Source: Thermoprotei archaeon
Lineage (GTDB): Archaea; Thermoproteota; Thermoprotei; Gearchaeales; WAQG01
DNA: 64,000 nucleotides
Assembly: GCA_049976445.1 (NCBI GenBank)
Contig: JBMFIF010000003.1
Span: 3,629 to 67,628 of the forward strand
Direction: 5' to 3'
A program made the position numbers and the translations under genes. Every line of letters starts with the position of its first letter. Positions within the stretch are counted from its first letter, which is position 1. The notes under the pieces were generated by a model. The model saw only the letters and a program-made list of their open reading frames with translations. It searched no databases and was not told where the DNA came from. Shown one piece after another: positions 28,760 through 39,171 of this stretch.

Positions 28760-28923
28760 AAATTTCTAATTCGTTTATAGCTAAATTTTTGAATCAATCA
28801 TATTTATATCTTTCCTTATTCGAAATTATTGAATCTCTGAATAAAAAATAGATAAACAGTATTGTAGGAGTTTGGAACTAAATTCTTAAATTAGGCTTTG
28901 TAGAAAGATAATACAGAGAAAAA

Positions 28924-30078
28924 TTGTCTGAAGTAAAGGACTTGTATAAAGGGAAGATATTAATACTCTGTGTTGACAGGGATAATGATTTAGGTGTGAA
29001 TACTGGTATAAAAACGCCAGTAATAGGTCGTGAATCAAATTTAAGTGCTGCAACTAATTTTGCTATAGTATCACCTGAGGATTCTGATGTAAATACTATG
29101 TTTTCTGCAATAAAACTTTATGATAGATTGGTCAGAATTTTAGGTAAGGAGAATTGTGAAATTGCCTGTATAACAGGTCTTCCTGAGGAGGGTATTGAAG
29201 CTGACATTAAAATAAGTAAGGAGTTAGACGAGGTATTAAGAGTGTTTAAAGCCGATGGTGTAATATTAGTAAGTGATGGTGTATCTGATGAGAGTGTTGT
29301 ACCAATAATTACATCAAAAGTACCAATAATCTCAGTTTCCAGAGTCATCGTTCAGCAATCTCAAAGTGTAGAAGAGATATACACTATAATTACTAGATAT
29401 ATAAAGAGGTTAACTGAGGATCCTAGTACAAGAAGAATACTATTAGGTGTTCCGAGCATAATAATAATTTTATATAGTATTTTTTATGTGATGGGCTTTG
29501 TTAATTATTTTTGGGTTATAGCAGAATTTATTGTTGGAATTATAGGATTAATTAAAGCTTTTCAAATTGATAAAGCATTATATGAAAGTTGGGAAAATGC
29601 TCATACTATAGTTGTTTCAGCAGCATTAAGTCTTATTCTTATAGTGACTGGGTTTTATATTGGTTTCCTGGGGATAACAACTTATTTATCACATGTAGGG
29701 AATCAAAATATATCAAATACGGTACTAGTTGGGATATTTATCACAGAACGATTAGGCCAACCATTTTCTTCAAGTGATTTGATAATAGCAGGGCTCATAA
29801 TTTTAATGTTAGGAAGATTTATTACAAAATTTATTAAACATGCTCCAGGCATTATGCATGGTGCATGGCATGAAATTGTGAGCATCTCATTTCTAATAAC
29901 ATTGAAATTTGTGATCGATACTTTAGGTGAAATATTAACTCAAAGGACAATATTTCCATCAGAAATACTCATACCACTCATCTTAAATAGAGTTGCATTA
30001 AGTTTCGCAATAACAGTGCTATTAACTATATTGTTTATATCTTATGAACGTGTTCAACGTATTAGAGTTTCATCATAA
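28924..30078 (+). CDS. membrane protein with a soluble N-terminal domain (DUF373-like)
   Basis: ~180-aa soluble N-terminus, then ~6 TM helices. TTG start, uncertain. Confidence 0.4.
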   Translation: MSEVKDLYKGKILILCVDRDNDLGVNTGIKTPVIGRESNLSAATNFAIVSPEDSDVNTMFSAIKLYDRLVRILGKENCEIACITGLPEEGIEADIKISKELDEVLRVFKADGVILVSDGVSDESVVPIITSKVPIISVSRVIVQQSQSVEEIYTIITRYIKRLTEDPSTRRILLGVPSIIIILYSIFYVMGFVNYFWVIAEFIVGIIGLIKAFQIDKALYESWENAHTIVVSAALSLILIVTGFYIGFLGITTYLSHVGNQNISNTVLVGIFITERLGQPFSSSDLIIAGLIILMLGRFITKFIKHAPGIMHGAWHEIVSISFLITLKFVIDTLGEILTQRTIFPSEILIPLILNRVALSFAITVLLTILFISYERVQRIRVSS

Positions 30079-30312
30079 TATAATGCATAAAAAGTGCTTT
30101 GTTGCATAATTTTGATATATTTTTGATGAGCTTTTCATGTTGAGTATTCTTGTGTGTTGAGAGTTTGATGATGTTTTCTCACAATTTTAAAACACTCCTA
30201 ACTAGCATACATCAAACCACATCAGTAAGCATCATGAGATTGGAGGAAATGTGTGAAACGCTCCATAAAACTACGCACGAATTATGCAACAAAGCAATAA
30301 AAAGAAAATTTA

Positions 30313-31413
30313 TTAATATAGATCGCGTGGAAAATGTGAAAGCAGTTGATAACCATTTTTAGTTATTAAAACATCCTCTTCTATACGTATTCCTCCAAAT
30401 CCAGGAATATAAATGCCCGGTTCAATAGTTACAACATTATATTCTTCAATGATATCATCACTTATTGAGTTTAGTGTTGGGTACTCATGTACTGCTAAAC
30501 CAATACCATGTCCAAGTCCATGTGTAAAATATTCACCATAACCTTTCCTTTCTATTATTTGTCTAGCAGCCTTATCAATTTCTGAGACTTTCACATTAGG
30601 TGAAATAGCTTTAAGTGCTTGCTCGATTGCATCATTAATAATTTGATATAATTCTATTTCTTTTTCACCTGGCTTACCAACTATAAATGTTCTTGTTAAA
30701 TCTGCACAATATCCATTCACACGAGCACCTAAATCTACTACAACCAATTCTCCACTTTTTAAAATTTTGTTAGATGATGAACCGTGCGGATATGCTCCTC
30801 TTACTCCTGAAGCTACTATTGGTATAAAGGCTATCCATTCTGCACCATTATTAATCATTTCTGAAATGACCGCGTTCATTATTTCGATCTCTTTAACACC
30901 TTCCATAATCATATCCTTTGCAACGTTTAATGCCTGCTCTGTAATAGTAATTGCTCTTATTATGTTCTCTAATTCCAATAGATCTTTTTTAGATCTTATA
31001 TAAGCTATTGTATTAGATATATCCTTTATATTAATTCCTTCATTACTGGAAAAACGTTGTAACATTATATATGAAAATTTTAATCCTTCAATTCCAAGTC
31101 TTTTTATATTTTTTGTTCTAATATACGATGAAATTTCACTAAAAGCCGAAACATTACGTGATATTTCTACAACATCGCCTAATACTGCCTCATCTCTTGC
31201 CTGATTAATTTCTAATTTTGGGGCAAAAATAACCACACTACCATCATTACCGATAAATGCATAAAGGGAGCGCTCGCTGCTTACCAACTTTAAACCTGTA
31301 AAATATTGAACAGATGCGGGATCTATCAAAAGAGCACCATCAACAGAAGTTTTACTCATCTCGGTTATTAATTTTTCTACTCGCTTTTTATAATAAGCTT
31401 TCATATTCACCAA
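30313..31413 (-). CDS. Xaa-Pro aminopeptidase / prolidase (M24 family)
   Basis: Creatinase-like N-terminal domain and the metal-binding motif HGLGHGIGLAVHE with downstream E residues. Confidence 0.8.
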   Translation of the reverse strand: MVNMKAYYKKRVEKLITEMSKTSVDGALLIDPASVQYFTGLKLVSSERSLYAFIGNDGSVVIFAPKLEINQARDEAVLGDVVEISRNVSAFSEISSYIRTKNIKRLGIEGLKFSYIMLQRFSSNEGINIKDISNTIAYIRSKKDLLELENIIRAITITEQALNVAKDMIMEGVKEIEIMNAVISEMINNGAEWIAFIPIVASGVRGAYPHGSSSNKILKSGELVVVDLGARVNGYCADLTRTFIVGKPGEKEIELYQIINDAIEQALKAISPNVKVSEIDKAARQIIERKGYGEYFTHGLGHGIGLAVHEYPTLNSISDDIIEEYNVVTIEPGIYIPGFGGIRIEEDVLITKNGYQLLSHFPRDLY

Positions 31414-31646
31414 CCAATTTTTAATGCATAAACTCTAACTATTAAATATAACACTAAATTTTGTAGTTTATTCAAAGGAATTATCTTAAATATTTTTGAT
31501 TTCAATAATTTAAATAATTTAAGTTTATCGGTAGTTTTCACTTAAAAACATTAGATGAAGATTCCGTAATGAAGTGTTATGCGATAATCTTCTTTTTGAA
31601 GCATAAAGTTTATATTAATACCTTAAGATTTTAACTAAGAGAATCC

Positions 31647-32039
31647 ATGGGTGTTTGGCATTCAAACGATTTGGTTAAACCAAGTGGTGGAAAAAAGAGC
31701 TCAAGCAGAAAAAGAAGACGCTATGAAGCTGGTAGTCCACCTATTGAAACTATTCTGGGTAAAGAGACAGAACTTATTAAGAGTAGGGGTATGGGCGGAA
31801 ATTATAAATTTAAGCTCAAGGTTGCAGAATCAATAAACGTATCTGATCCAAAAACAGGCAAAACTGTTAAAGAAAAAATAATAGGGTTTGTGAATAATCC
31901 ATCATCAACTGATTACAATCGACGAGGCGTAATAACTAAAGGAACTGTTCTGAAAACTAAGTTAGGACTTGTAAAAGTTACCTCAAGGCCTGGGCAGCAT
32001 GGAATACTAAATGGTATTCTTATTGAGCAGCCTGAGTAA
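31647..32039 (+). CDS. rps8e: 30S ribosomal protein S8e
   Basis: MGVWHSNDLVKPSGGKKSSSRKRRRYEAG... is the canonical S8e N-terminus. Confidence 0.9.
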   Translation: MGVWHSNDLVKPSGGKKSSSRKRRRYEAGSPPIETILGKETELIKSRGMGGNYKFKLKVAESINVSDPKTGKTVKEKIIGFVNNPSSTDYNRRGVITKGTVLKTKLGLVKVTSRPGQHGILNGILIEQPE

Positions 32040-32040
32040 A

Positions 32041-32349
32041 ATGCCAAAAAGAGATTATATAATATTATGGCCATCGTATTTTGATTTAAGTAAAACAAGA
32101 AGTAATGGTCGTAGATTACCAAGAAGATATTGTGTTGATAAACCAAGCTTAAGCGAACTTGAAGAAGCAATTAAATCACTAAATCTTGAATTTACTGTTG
32201 AAAAAGATCATGCTTATCCTAGATCATGGTGGGAAAGTGGTAGGATTATTATAAAGAAAAATAATTTAAAAAAATCTGAAATATTAAAACTAATCGCATC
32301 AAACTTAATTAAGATACGACAAAAAAGATTGACTGGTAAAAGCTTATAA
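32041..32349 (+). CDS. srp19: signal recognition particle protein SRP19
   Basis: IILWPSYFDLSKTRSNGRRLPRRY...YPRSWWESGRIII matches the SRP19 consensus. ATG at 32041 follows the S8e stop. Confidence 0.8.
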   Translation: MPKRDYIILWPSYFDLSKTRSNGRRLPRRYCVDKPSLSELEEAIKSLNLEFTVEKDHAYPRSWWESGRIIIKKNNLKKSEILKLIASNLIKIRQKRLTGKSL

Positions 32350-32505
32350 TTATTAAAAATTTTAACCCTTATGAATATTTATACAATAAATGATGATTTA
32401 AATGGTATTTTATCAATAGCTGTTTTTGTGAAAATGTTAAGGTTTAATACTCAGTTTTTATATAACTAATAATTAGTGACCTTAAGTTAGCTAGAGGTGT
32501 AATGC

Positions 32506-32763
32506 ATGAAAAAGCTCGGCAGAGTACTACGTATTACAAAGACTGGGCATGTAATAGTTGAACCAGAGGATTCTGATATTCCGCATCAGAGCCTCGAAGT
32601 GTTTGATGATAAACTTAAGGTTGTTGGGAAAATTTATGACATTATTGGACCAGTTAATTCTCCTTTTATATCAATCAAATTAAACCCTAATTATAGAAAT
32701 CCTGAGAAAATTATAGATAAGTATGTATATGTAATTTCATTACCATCGAGGAGATCAAAATGA
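32506..32763 (+). CDS. gar1: H/ACA ribonucleoprotein complex subunit Gar1
   Basis: MKKLGRVLRITKTGHVIVE...VVGKIYDIIGPVNSPFISIK. Small beta-barrel Gar1 pattern. 4-nt overlap with tfb. Confidence 0.75.
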   Translation: MKKLGRVLRITKTGHVIVEPEDSDIPHQSLEVFDDKLKVVGKIYDIIGPVNSPFISIKLNPNYRNPEKIIDKYVYVISLPSRRSK

Positions 32764-33680
32764 TCACTTCACAAGATAAATGTACAGTTTGTGGTAGCAG
32801 AAATATAATACGGGATGAGAGAGGACAGTTAATATGCCGTGATTGCGGAACTGTAATAGATTCAAGAATCACAGTATCAAACTATAGGATAACTGAGAGT
32901 CAGCTAAGCGGTGAGGGTCAGGGTCCACCTAGAAATATAATGTATCCACCATCGATTTCTGGTACTCTTATTAGTTTAGATAATAGGTATATTGAAAATA
33001 GAAGAGTTTCTTTAAAAGAAAAGCGAGGTCTTCAAAGACTTCGTAGACTGCAATCAAAAATGCAATTGATGAGAAGGCATGAAAGACATTTATCAAGAAT
33101 TCTAAGCGAGATACAAACAATTGTAAATCAATTAAAACTTCCACATCAAGTTGAGGAAAATGCATCATACATTTATCGTGAGTATATGAAAAAGAAGGGT
33201 ACATCAAAAAGTAGAAGTATACGTGGTGCAGCAGCAGCAGCGGTTTTTATGGCATCTCGATTAACTGAGAACCCGGTTACTATAGAAGAATTGTCAAAAA
33301 ACATTCACGTATCTAAACGTGATATTAATAAATGTTATAAAATCTTACGATATGCTATTTCTGAACTTAAGCCTGATCTTGTTAAGAAACTTCATGGTTC
33401 TCCAGAGCATTTTGTTGCTCAAATAGTTTCTCGTCTTAATTTACCTATTGAAGTTCAAGCTAAAGCAAAGGAAATTCTCAAAAACGCAAGTAAAATAGGT
33501 ATAATGTCCGGTAAAGAACCTCAAGGATTAGCTGCGGCTGCAGTATACATAGCTAGTATACTGACAAATAACAAAAGGACACAACGTGAAATAGCTGAGG
33601 CTGCTCGTATCACAGAAGTCACTATTAGAAATCGTTATAAAGAACTTATGAGTGCATTAGATATAAAGTATTCAATGTAA
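32760..33680 (+). CDS. tfb: transcription initiation factor IIB (TFB)
   Basis: N-terminal zinc ribbon CTVCGSRNIIRDERGQLICRDCGTVI, B-reader/linker and two cyclin folds (GAAAAAVFMASR..., AAAAVYIAS...). Confidence 0.9.
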   Translation: MITSQDKCTVCGSRNIIRDERGQLICRDCGTVIDSRITVSNYRITESQLSGEGQGPPRNIMYPPSISGTLISLDNRYIENRRVSLKEKRGLQRLRRLQSKMQLMRRHERHLSRILSEIQTIVNQLKLPHQVEENASYIYREYMKKKGTSKSRSIRGAAAAAVFMASRLTENPVTIEELSKNIHVSKRDINKCYKILRYAISELKPDLVKKLHGSPEHFVAQIVSRLNLPIEVQAKAKEILKNASKIGIMSGKEPQGLAAAAVYIASILTNNKRTQREIAEAARITEVTIRNRYKELMSALDIKYSM

Positions 33681-33690
33681 GGTGAGGGTT

Positions 33691-34098
33691 ATGAGCGAGA
33701 AAAAAGTACCAAGTATTGAAGAACTGGTGGAAAAAGCTATGGAACTAATAAAAAGTTCAGAGAACGGTACAATGGTTCAAAGTGAATTGTGGAAACGATT
33801 AGGAATTGATAGCAAACGTGGTTCACGACTTGTTCAACGCCTTCTACTTGAAAATAGGATAGCAAGAACTAGCATTGTAATAAAAGGTCATAAGACGTTC
33901 GTTTTAACACCTGTAAAAAGAGAGGTACGGATAGTACCATTTGATATTTTGGCAAGTGTACCATGTTTTACTTGTCCAGAATTAAGCAGGTGTGGTCAAG
34001 GTTATTTTGTAAATCCCTTTGACTGCCTTCTTATTGGAGGATGGCTTGATAAATCAGCCAAAGAGCAGCAAAAAGAAATAAAAGAACACCAAGGTTAA
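33691..34098 (+). CDS. winged-helix protein with a C-terminal 4-Cys cluster (TFE-beta/RPC34-like candidate)
   Basis: N-terminal wH-like segment and CFTCPELSRCGQGYFVNPFDC (Cx2Cx5Cx11C), immediately downstream of tfb. ATG at 33691 is preceded by GGTGAGG. Confidence 0.4.
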   Translation: MSEKKVPSIEELVEKAMELIKSSENGTMVQSELWKRLGIDSKRGSRLVQRLLLENRIARTSIVIKGHKTFVLTPVKREVRIVPFDILASVPCFTCPELSRCGQGYFVNPFDCLLIGGWLDKSAKEQQKEIKEHQG

Positions 34099-34103
34099 AG
34101 GCG

Positions 34104-34718
34104 ATGAAAAAAGAACGAAAAGATGGTTATTATTGGATGGCAAAACGTGAAGGTTTTAGATCTAGAGCAGCATATAAATTATTACAGATAAATAGACGCT
34201 TTCATGTTATGAAGCCAGGAGATAAAGTAATCGATCTTGGTGCTGCGCCAGGAGGATGGACTCAGGTTGCTAGATTAATTGTAGGTGAATCTGGGTTTAT
34301 TCTATCAATAGATATTAATGATTTTGAACCATTACCTTATGAAAATGTAAAGATCTTAAACTTGGATATAACTGATGAAAATGCATCTGAACAAATACTT
34401 AAAAGACTTAAGGATAAAGCAGATGTAGTCCTATGCGATGCCGCACCTAAAGTTTCTGGAATCTGGGATCTTGATCATCAACGACAATTAAGATTAGTTG
34501 AAGCTGCCTTACGGATTGCATATAATGTACTTAAGAGTAATGGAAATTTTGTAACAAAAATTTTTGAAGGCGCTGAGTCAAAACAAATTGTTAATAAGGC
34601 AAAGGAACTTTTTAAGCAGGTATATCTTCATAGACCACCTGCAACAAGATCAAGCAGTTCTGAAATATATTTAATTTGCAAAGGATTTTTAGGAAAAATT
34701 AAGGAGAAACAAGTATAA
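34104..34718 (+). CDS. rrmJ: 23S rRNA (uridine-2'-O)-methyltransferase RrmJ/FtsJ
   Basis: RSRAAYKL, GAAPGGW SAM motif and DAAP catalytic region. Confidence 0.85.
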   Translation: MKKERKDGYYWMAKREGFRSRAAYKLLQINRRFHVMKPGDKVIDLGAAPGGWTQVARLIVGESGFILSIDINDFEPLPYENVKILNLDITDENASEQILKRLKDKADVVLCDAAPKVSGIWDLDHQRQLRLVEAALRIAYNVLKSNGNFVTKIFEGAESKQIVNKAKELFKQVYLHRPPATRSSSSEIYLICKGFLGKIKEKQV

Positions 34719-34864
34719 TTTGCCTTTAAAAAGTGATATTTTTCTTAACATTCTTGAAAAATGATTTTATCACAAACTTGCTACTAGAAATTCATACGAT
34801 TCCCCTGCCGCTGAAGGTCAAAGCTTTCATTTTTTATGACTTACATTTCTGTACAATTAATAAG

Positions 34865-36001
34865 TTACATTTTTTTAATGATTTCTAACAATTTTAAAAA
34901 TGGAGCGTCAGTTTTTATGCCTTTTGGGTGAAAGTGTGTACGTGATGCTTTAAATCCATTTTCAGTAAGCTGTTTTATTACCGATTCTATTGAAATTGAT
35001 GAAATTTTATGTTTTTCTGACATGGAATCTAATTGATAATACGTTGGTGGCATATCAGCTTCATTAGCTAATGTGTTAACAAGTCTTCCTTCGTATGAGG
35101 ATAATTTATAATCTGATTTGTTAATTATTTCTGCAACATTTTTAATGAAATTTGCGTTACCTAGTGGTCCAAGCCACAAAATACCTGCATATTCTAATTG
35201 AGAACCACAATGAGGGCAAATTGAAGGAAGAGTTGGTATAATTCCTTTTTTAGGATTTCTCCATAAACAATTGCGGCAATATGATATATAGCCTAAATTT
35301 GAAAGGCTTTCATCTAGAATATGTGTTTTCATATGTAATCTTATAAATATTCTTATATAATGGCGTGTTACATGACTTAAAAGTGGTTCTATACCAAAGC
35401 CATAAATTGCTGATATTCTAGCAAGGTAACCAAGTATAATACGTACTGCTGTTTCATGACAAAATTCATTCTTGAGCGGTATTGATTGATATCTTCTTAG
35501 ACATGATTTACCATGAACACCACATAGAGGTGCTACATCAGTATGCGATATTCCTAATAATCCACCATTTCTAATCGCTTTTATTGCAGCATGAATGAAT
35601 CTTATTGGAGAACCAAAAGGATCTAAATCTATTACATCGAATCTTTTACCCTTTACACTATAATTCGATAGTAAAATGCTGGCATCAGTATTAAAAATCT
35701 CTACTTTATCTTCAACACGTAATCTTTTAACATTTTCCTTAATGTTTAAGTATGCGTCTTTAGATATATCATTTAGACATAATTTATCTACACCATTAGT
35801 CTCTATTAAATATCTTAATCCTCTAATACCTGTTGCAGCAAGAGGTTCGCATATCTTTAATTTTTTACCAATCAAGTTATAATATGCCTCAATAACACTT
35901 ACCGATATGTCTCTTGATAATTCCATAAACTTATTATAAAATACTCCAGGAAATACTACTATGTTTACTTTACCTTCATTTACTATGTTATACTCACTCA
36001 T
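34865..36001 (-). CDS. trm1: tRNA (guanine26-N2)-dimethyltransferase Trm1
   Basis: LDPFGSPIRFI and Trm1 N-terminal signature. C-terminal Cys cluster (CRNC...CPHCG). Confidence 0.8.
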   Translation of the reverse strand: MSEYNIVNEGKVNIVVFPGVFYNKFMELSRDISVSVIEAYYNLIGKKLKICEPLAATGIRGLRYLIETNGVDKLCLNDISKDAYLNIKENVKRLRVEDKVEIFNTDASILLSNYSVKGKRFDVIDLDPFGSPIRFIHAAIKAIRNGGLLGISHTDVAPLCGVHGKSCLRRYQSIPLKNEFCHETAVRIILGYLARISAIYGFGIEPLLSHVTRHYIRIFIRLHMKTHILDESLSNLGYISYCRNCLWRNPKKGIIPTLPSICPHCGSQLEYAGILWLGPLGNANFIKNVAEIINKSDYKLSSYEGRLVNTLANEADMPPTYYQLDSMSEKHKISSISIESVIKQLTENGFKASRTHFHPKGIKTDAPFLKLLEIIKKM

Positions 36002-36209
36002 GCCAATCTTTAATAGCTACAGTTTTTAAAATAACTAACGCTCAAAATATTTCCCTAAAGACTGCAACTAGTACTGTATGGTATCTTCTAAAACTTTTAT
36101 ATTTTTAGAAGAAAGAGTGTTATTTCATCAGAAATAGTATCCGTTTAATCCTAGACCTTGGTCTTGTACTTAAATCTTAATATAGTCCTCTTTTAATATT
36201 TATGTGGGA

Positions 36210-36752
36210 ATGTACTATTTTCTTACTGGAACTCCTGGGGTTGGGAAGACCACGGCCATAGTAAAAATAATAAACCTATTAAAAGAACAAAACATCAAAG
36301 TAGGAGGATTTATAACAAAAGAATTGCGAAGTGGTTTTATTCGTATTGGATTTGAAGTAGAAGATGTTATGAGTGGTAATAAAGGAATTTTAGCAATCTC
36401 TACTGAAAGTGGTGAACCTCGTATAGGAAAATATCATGTTAGAATAAAGGAATTTGAGGATATAAGTATAAGAGCAATAGAAAATGCTATGTTGAATGCG
36501 GATGTAATAGTATGTGACGAGATAGGTCCTATGGAATTATTGTCAAATAAGTTCGTTAAACTTATTGAACAAGTGTTAGAAACAGATAAAAATGTTATTG
36601 GTACTGTACATTGGAAAGCAAACCATCCATTGATTAAAAAAATTCGGAATATTGGTAAAATAATAGAAATTACATATTATAATAGGAATGAAATACCTAA
36701 TATTATAGTAAAAGAAGTAATTAACAATATGCGGGGTGTAAAAAATGAATGA
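36210..36752 (+). CDS. nucleoside-triphosphatase THEP1 (COG1618)
   Basis: MYYFLTGTPGVGKTT P-loop at the extreme N-terminus, ~180 aa. Confidence 0.75.
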   Translation: MYYFLTGTPGVGKTTAIVKIINLLKEQNIKVGGFITKELRSGFIRIGFEVEDVMSGNKGILAISTESGEPRIGKYHVRIKEFEDISIRAIENAMLNADVIVCDEIGPMELLSNKFVKLIEQVLETDKNVIGTVHWKANHPLIKKIRNIGKIIEITYYNRNEIPNIIVKEVINNMRGVKNE

Positions 36753-38262
36753 TCTAATAGCTAAGATTCTCGATATACATGGTGTTGGCTATAAAATCTG
36801 TGTGCTTCATTCAAAAAATGCAGCAGATATGGATCTTAAACCACGAGATCGTATTACGTTAAATTATGGTGGTATGGGAACAAATTTCATTCTTGATATC
36901 ACAGATACCATAGTGAAACCTGGTGAAGTTGGTATACCAAGAGAAATTGCATACAATCTTGGCATAGTAGATGGGGCTCTTGTTAAAATATCACCTTCAT
37001 CACCACCTGTTTCTATAAGTTATATAAAGAAAAAGATGCAAGGAGCTGCATTATCAAAAGATGAAATAGAGAGCATAGTAAGGGACTCAGTAAATTATGA
37101 ATTAACGGAATTGGAGATTGCTGCATTTCTTATGGCTGAGCAATTTGTTGGTATGAATCTTGATGAGATTGTTTATTTAACAGAAGCAATGGTTAATACA
37201 GGAGAAAGAATACACTTTGATGAACCGGTTTATGATGTTCACAGTGTTGGTGGGGTTCCAGGAAATTCTAAGGCATCGATACTAATAGTTCCAATTGTTG
37301 CGTCTGCAGGTATACTAATTCCGAAGACGAGTAGTAGAGCGATAACTTCCCCTGCAGGAACTGCTGATACCATGGAAGTTTTAGCAAGAGTTGATTTGAC
37401 CCCACGTGAGGTCAAAGAGGTAGCACTAAAGACTCGTGGAGTACTAGTTTGGGGTGGGCGATTAAATCTAGCACCAGCGGATGATATTTATGTAAGGATA
37501 GAGCATATTCTAGGTATAGATCCAGAACCTCAGATGGTTGCAAGTATATTATCTAAAAAATTAGCTATGGATGCTAAGTTTGTACTTATAGACTTGCCAG
37601 TAGGTCCTAAGGCAAAGGTCGAAAGTATGGATGATGCAAAAAGGCTCGCTCGTTTATTATCTGACGTTGCTGAGCGTCTTAACATGAATGTAAAATGCGC
37701 AATAACGTATGGAGGACAACCATTAGGATATACTGTAGGACCTGCATTAGAGGCACGTGAAGCGCTTGAGGCATTAGAAGGTAAAGGATCTATGAGTTTG
37801 GTTGAGAAAGCCCTTTCATTAGCTGGCCTTATAATAGAAGCTGCTAACATTGTTCCAAAAGGTTCAGGTTATAATACGGCAAAAGATATTTTAACCTCTG
37901 GTAAAGCGTTAAAAAAGCTTAGAGAAATTATCAGTGCCCAGGGTGGTAATCCAAACATAAGACCCGATGAGATACCTATAGGTGATAAAACAATTAGTCT
38001 TTATGCTCCAATTGATGGGTATGTTACTGGCATTGATAATTCAGCAATTACTGCTATTGCAAGAGCTGCAGGGGCGCCATCCGATAAAGGTGCAGGTGTA
38101 AGATTATATTATAAGGCCGGGTACAAGGTTAAGAAGGGTGAGCCTATATTAACAATACATGCAGAGAATAATATAAAGTTGAACAATGCATACATGCTAG
38201 CTCAACGTTTAAGACCAATAATCATTGAAGGCATGCTATTAGGAACATTTCCAGAGGAGTGA
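36745..38262 (+). CDS. AMP phosphorylase (thymidine-phosphorylase family with archaeal N-terminal extension)
   Basis: ~500 aa. Glycosyl-transferase family 3 core with SVGGVPGNSK and PAGTADTMEVL motifs. Confidence 0.8.
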   Translation: MNDLIAKILDIHGVGYKICVLHSKNAADMDLKPRDRITLNYGGMGTNFILDITDTIVKPGEVGIPREIAYNLGIVDGALVKISPSSPPVSISYIKKKMQGAALSKDEIESIVRDSVNYELTELEIAAFLMAEQFVGMNLDEIVYLTEAMVNTGERIHFDEPVYDVHSVGGVPGNSKASILIVPIVASAGILIPKTSSRAITSPAGTADTMEVLARVDLTPREVKEVALKTRGVLVWGGRLNLAPADDIYVRIEHILGIDPEPQMVASILSKKLAMDAKFVLIDLPVGPKAKVESMDDAKRLARLLSDVAERLNMNVKCAITYGGQPLGYTVGPALEAREALEALEGKGSMSLVEKALSLAGLIIEAANIVPKGSGYNTAKDILTSGKALKKLREIISAQGGNPNIRPDEIPIGDKTISLYAPIDGYVTGIDNSAITAIARAAGAPSDKGAGVRLYYKAGYKVKKGEPILTIHAENNIKLNNAYMLAQRLRPIIIEGMLLGTFPEE

Positions 38263-38268
38263 AAATAT

Positions 38269-38910
38269 TTGCTAATAGGAGGAGTAGATGAAGCTGGTCG
38301 TGGTCCTGTTTTAGGACCAATGATTATTGCTTTAGTTATTTCTGATAAAAATACTTTAGAAAAATTTCGAAATTACGGTGTTAAGGATTCTAAGAAATTA
38401 AGCCCATCTAGAAGAAAGGAATTATATACTATAATAAAAAATGAGGCAAGATATGTTCTCTCGCTAAGAATTGAACCTAATGAAATAGACGATGCTGTAC
38501 TAAATGGGCATAAACTTGCTGTTCTTGAGGCTAAAAAAATTGCACAACTTATTAATATGGTTAATGAGGCCGATATTATATATATTGATGCAGCTCACAG
38601 TAATGCTGATTATTTCTCTCATTTGATACAAGTTGATTTAATTAAAAAATTAAGAATAGTATGCGAACATAATGCTGATGAACATTATATATCAGTTGGG
38701 GCGGCATCTATAATAGCTAAGACAGAACGAGATGAAATTATAGAAAATTTAAAACAAATTTATGGTGATTTTGGATCCGGATATCCATCAGATCCGAGAA
38801 CAATTAATTTTCTTAAACAATGGATACAGATTCACAATGATTTGCCTCCATTTGCTAGAAAAAGTTGGATAACTGTTAAAAGATTAATGCAAACAAGTTT
38901 AGATGTATAA
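38269..38910 (+). CDS. rnhB: ribonuclease HII
   Basis: GVDEAGRGPVLGPM catalytic DEDD signature. TTG start. Confidence 0.85.
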   Translation: MLIGGVDEAGRGPVLGPMIIALVISDKNTLEKFRNYGVKDSKKLSPSRRKELYTIIKNEARYVLSLRIEPNEIDDAVLNGHKLAVLEAKKIAQLINMVNEADIIYIDAAHSNADYFSHLIQVDLIKKLRIVCEHNADEHYISVGAASIIAKTERDEIIENLKQIYGDFGSGYPSDPRTINFLKQWIQIHNDLPPFARKSWITVKRLMQTSLDV

Positions 38911-39171
38911 TGAAATGTCAACGATTGTTTTACGATAATAAATGAATTATTCTACAAACTAACATAATTACAATACAGTTTTATTAACCGTTGAAAAAGT
39001 ATTTTTGGGATTAGAAATGGGCATGGAGATTTTTCAGATAATTTTGATGGCGTTTTCGGTCATCTACATACTAAAAGAACTAGTATCTAACCATAACCGT
39101 AAGAAAGATAACGATAACATTGTTTGAAAATGTCCCAAATTTTTTTATATTAGATAATTATTTAAAAAATA

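Noticed and set aside
31651-32170. Alternative-frame ORFs 31651..31836 (+) and 31913..32170 (-) in the S8e/SRP19 region
   Set aside because: They overlap the well-supported S8e and SRP19 reading frames and have no homology signal.
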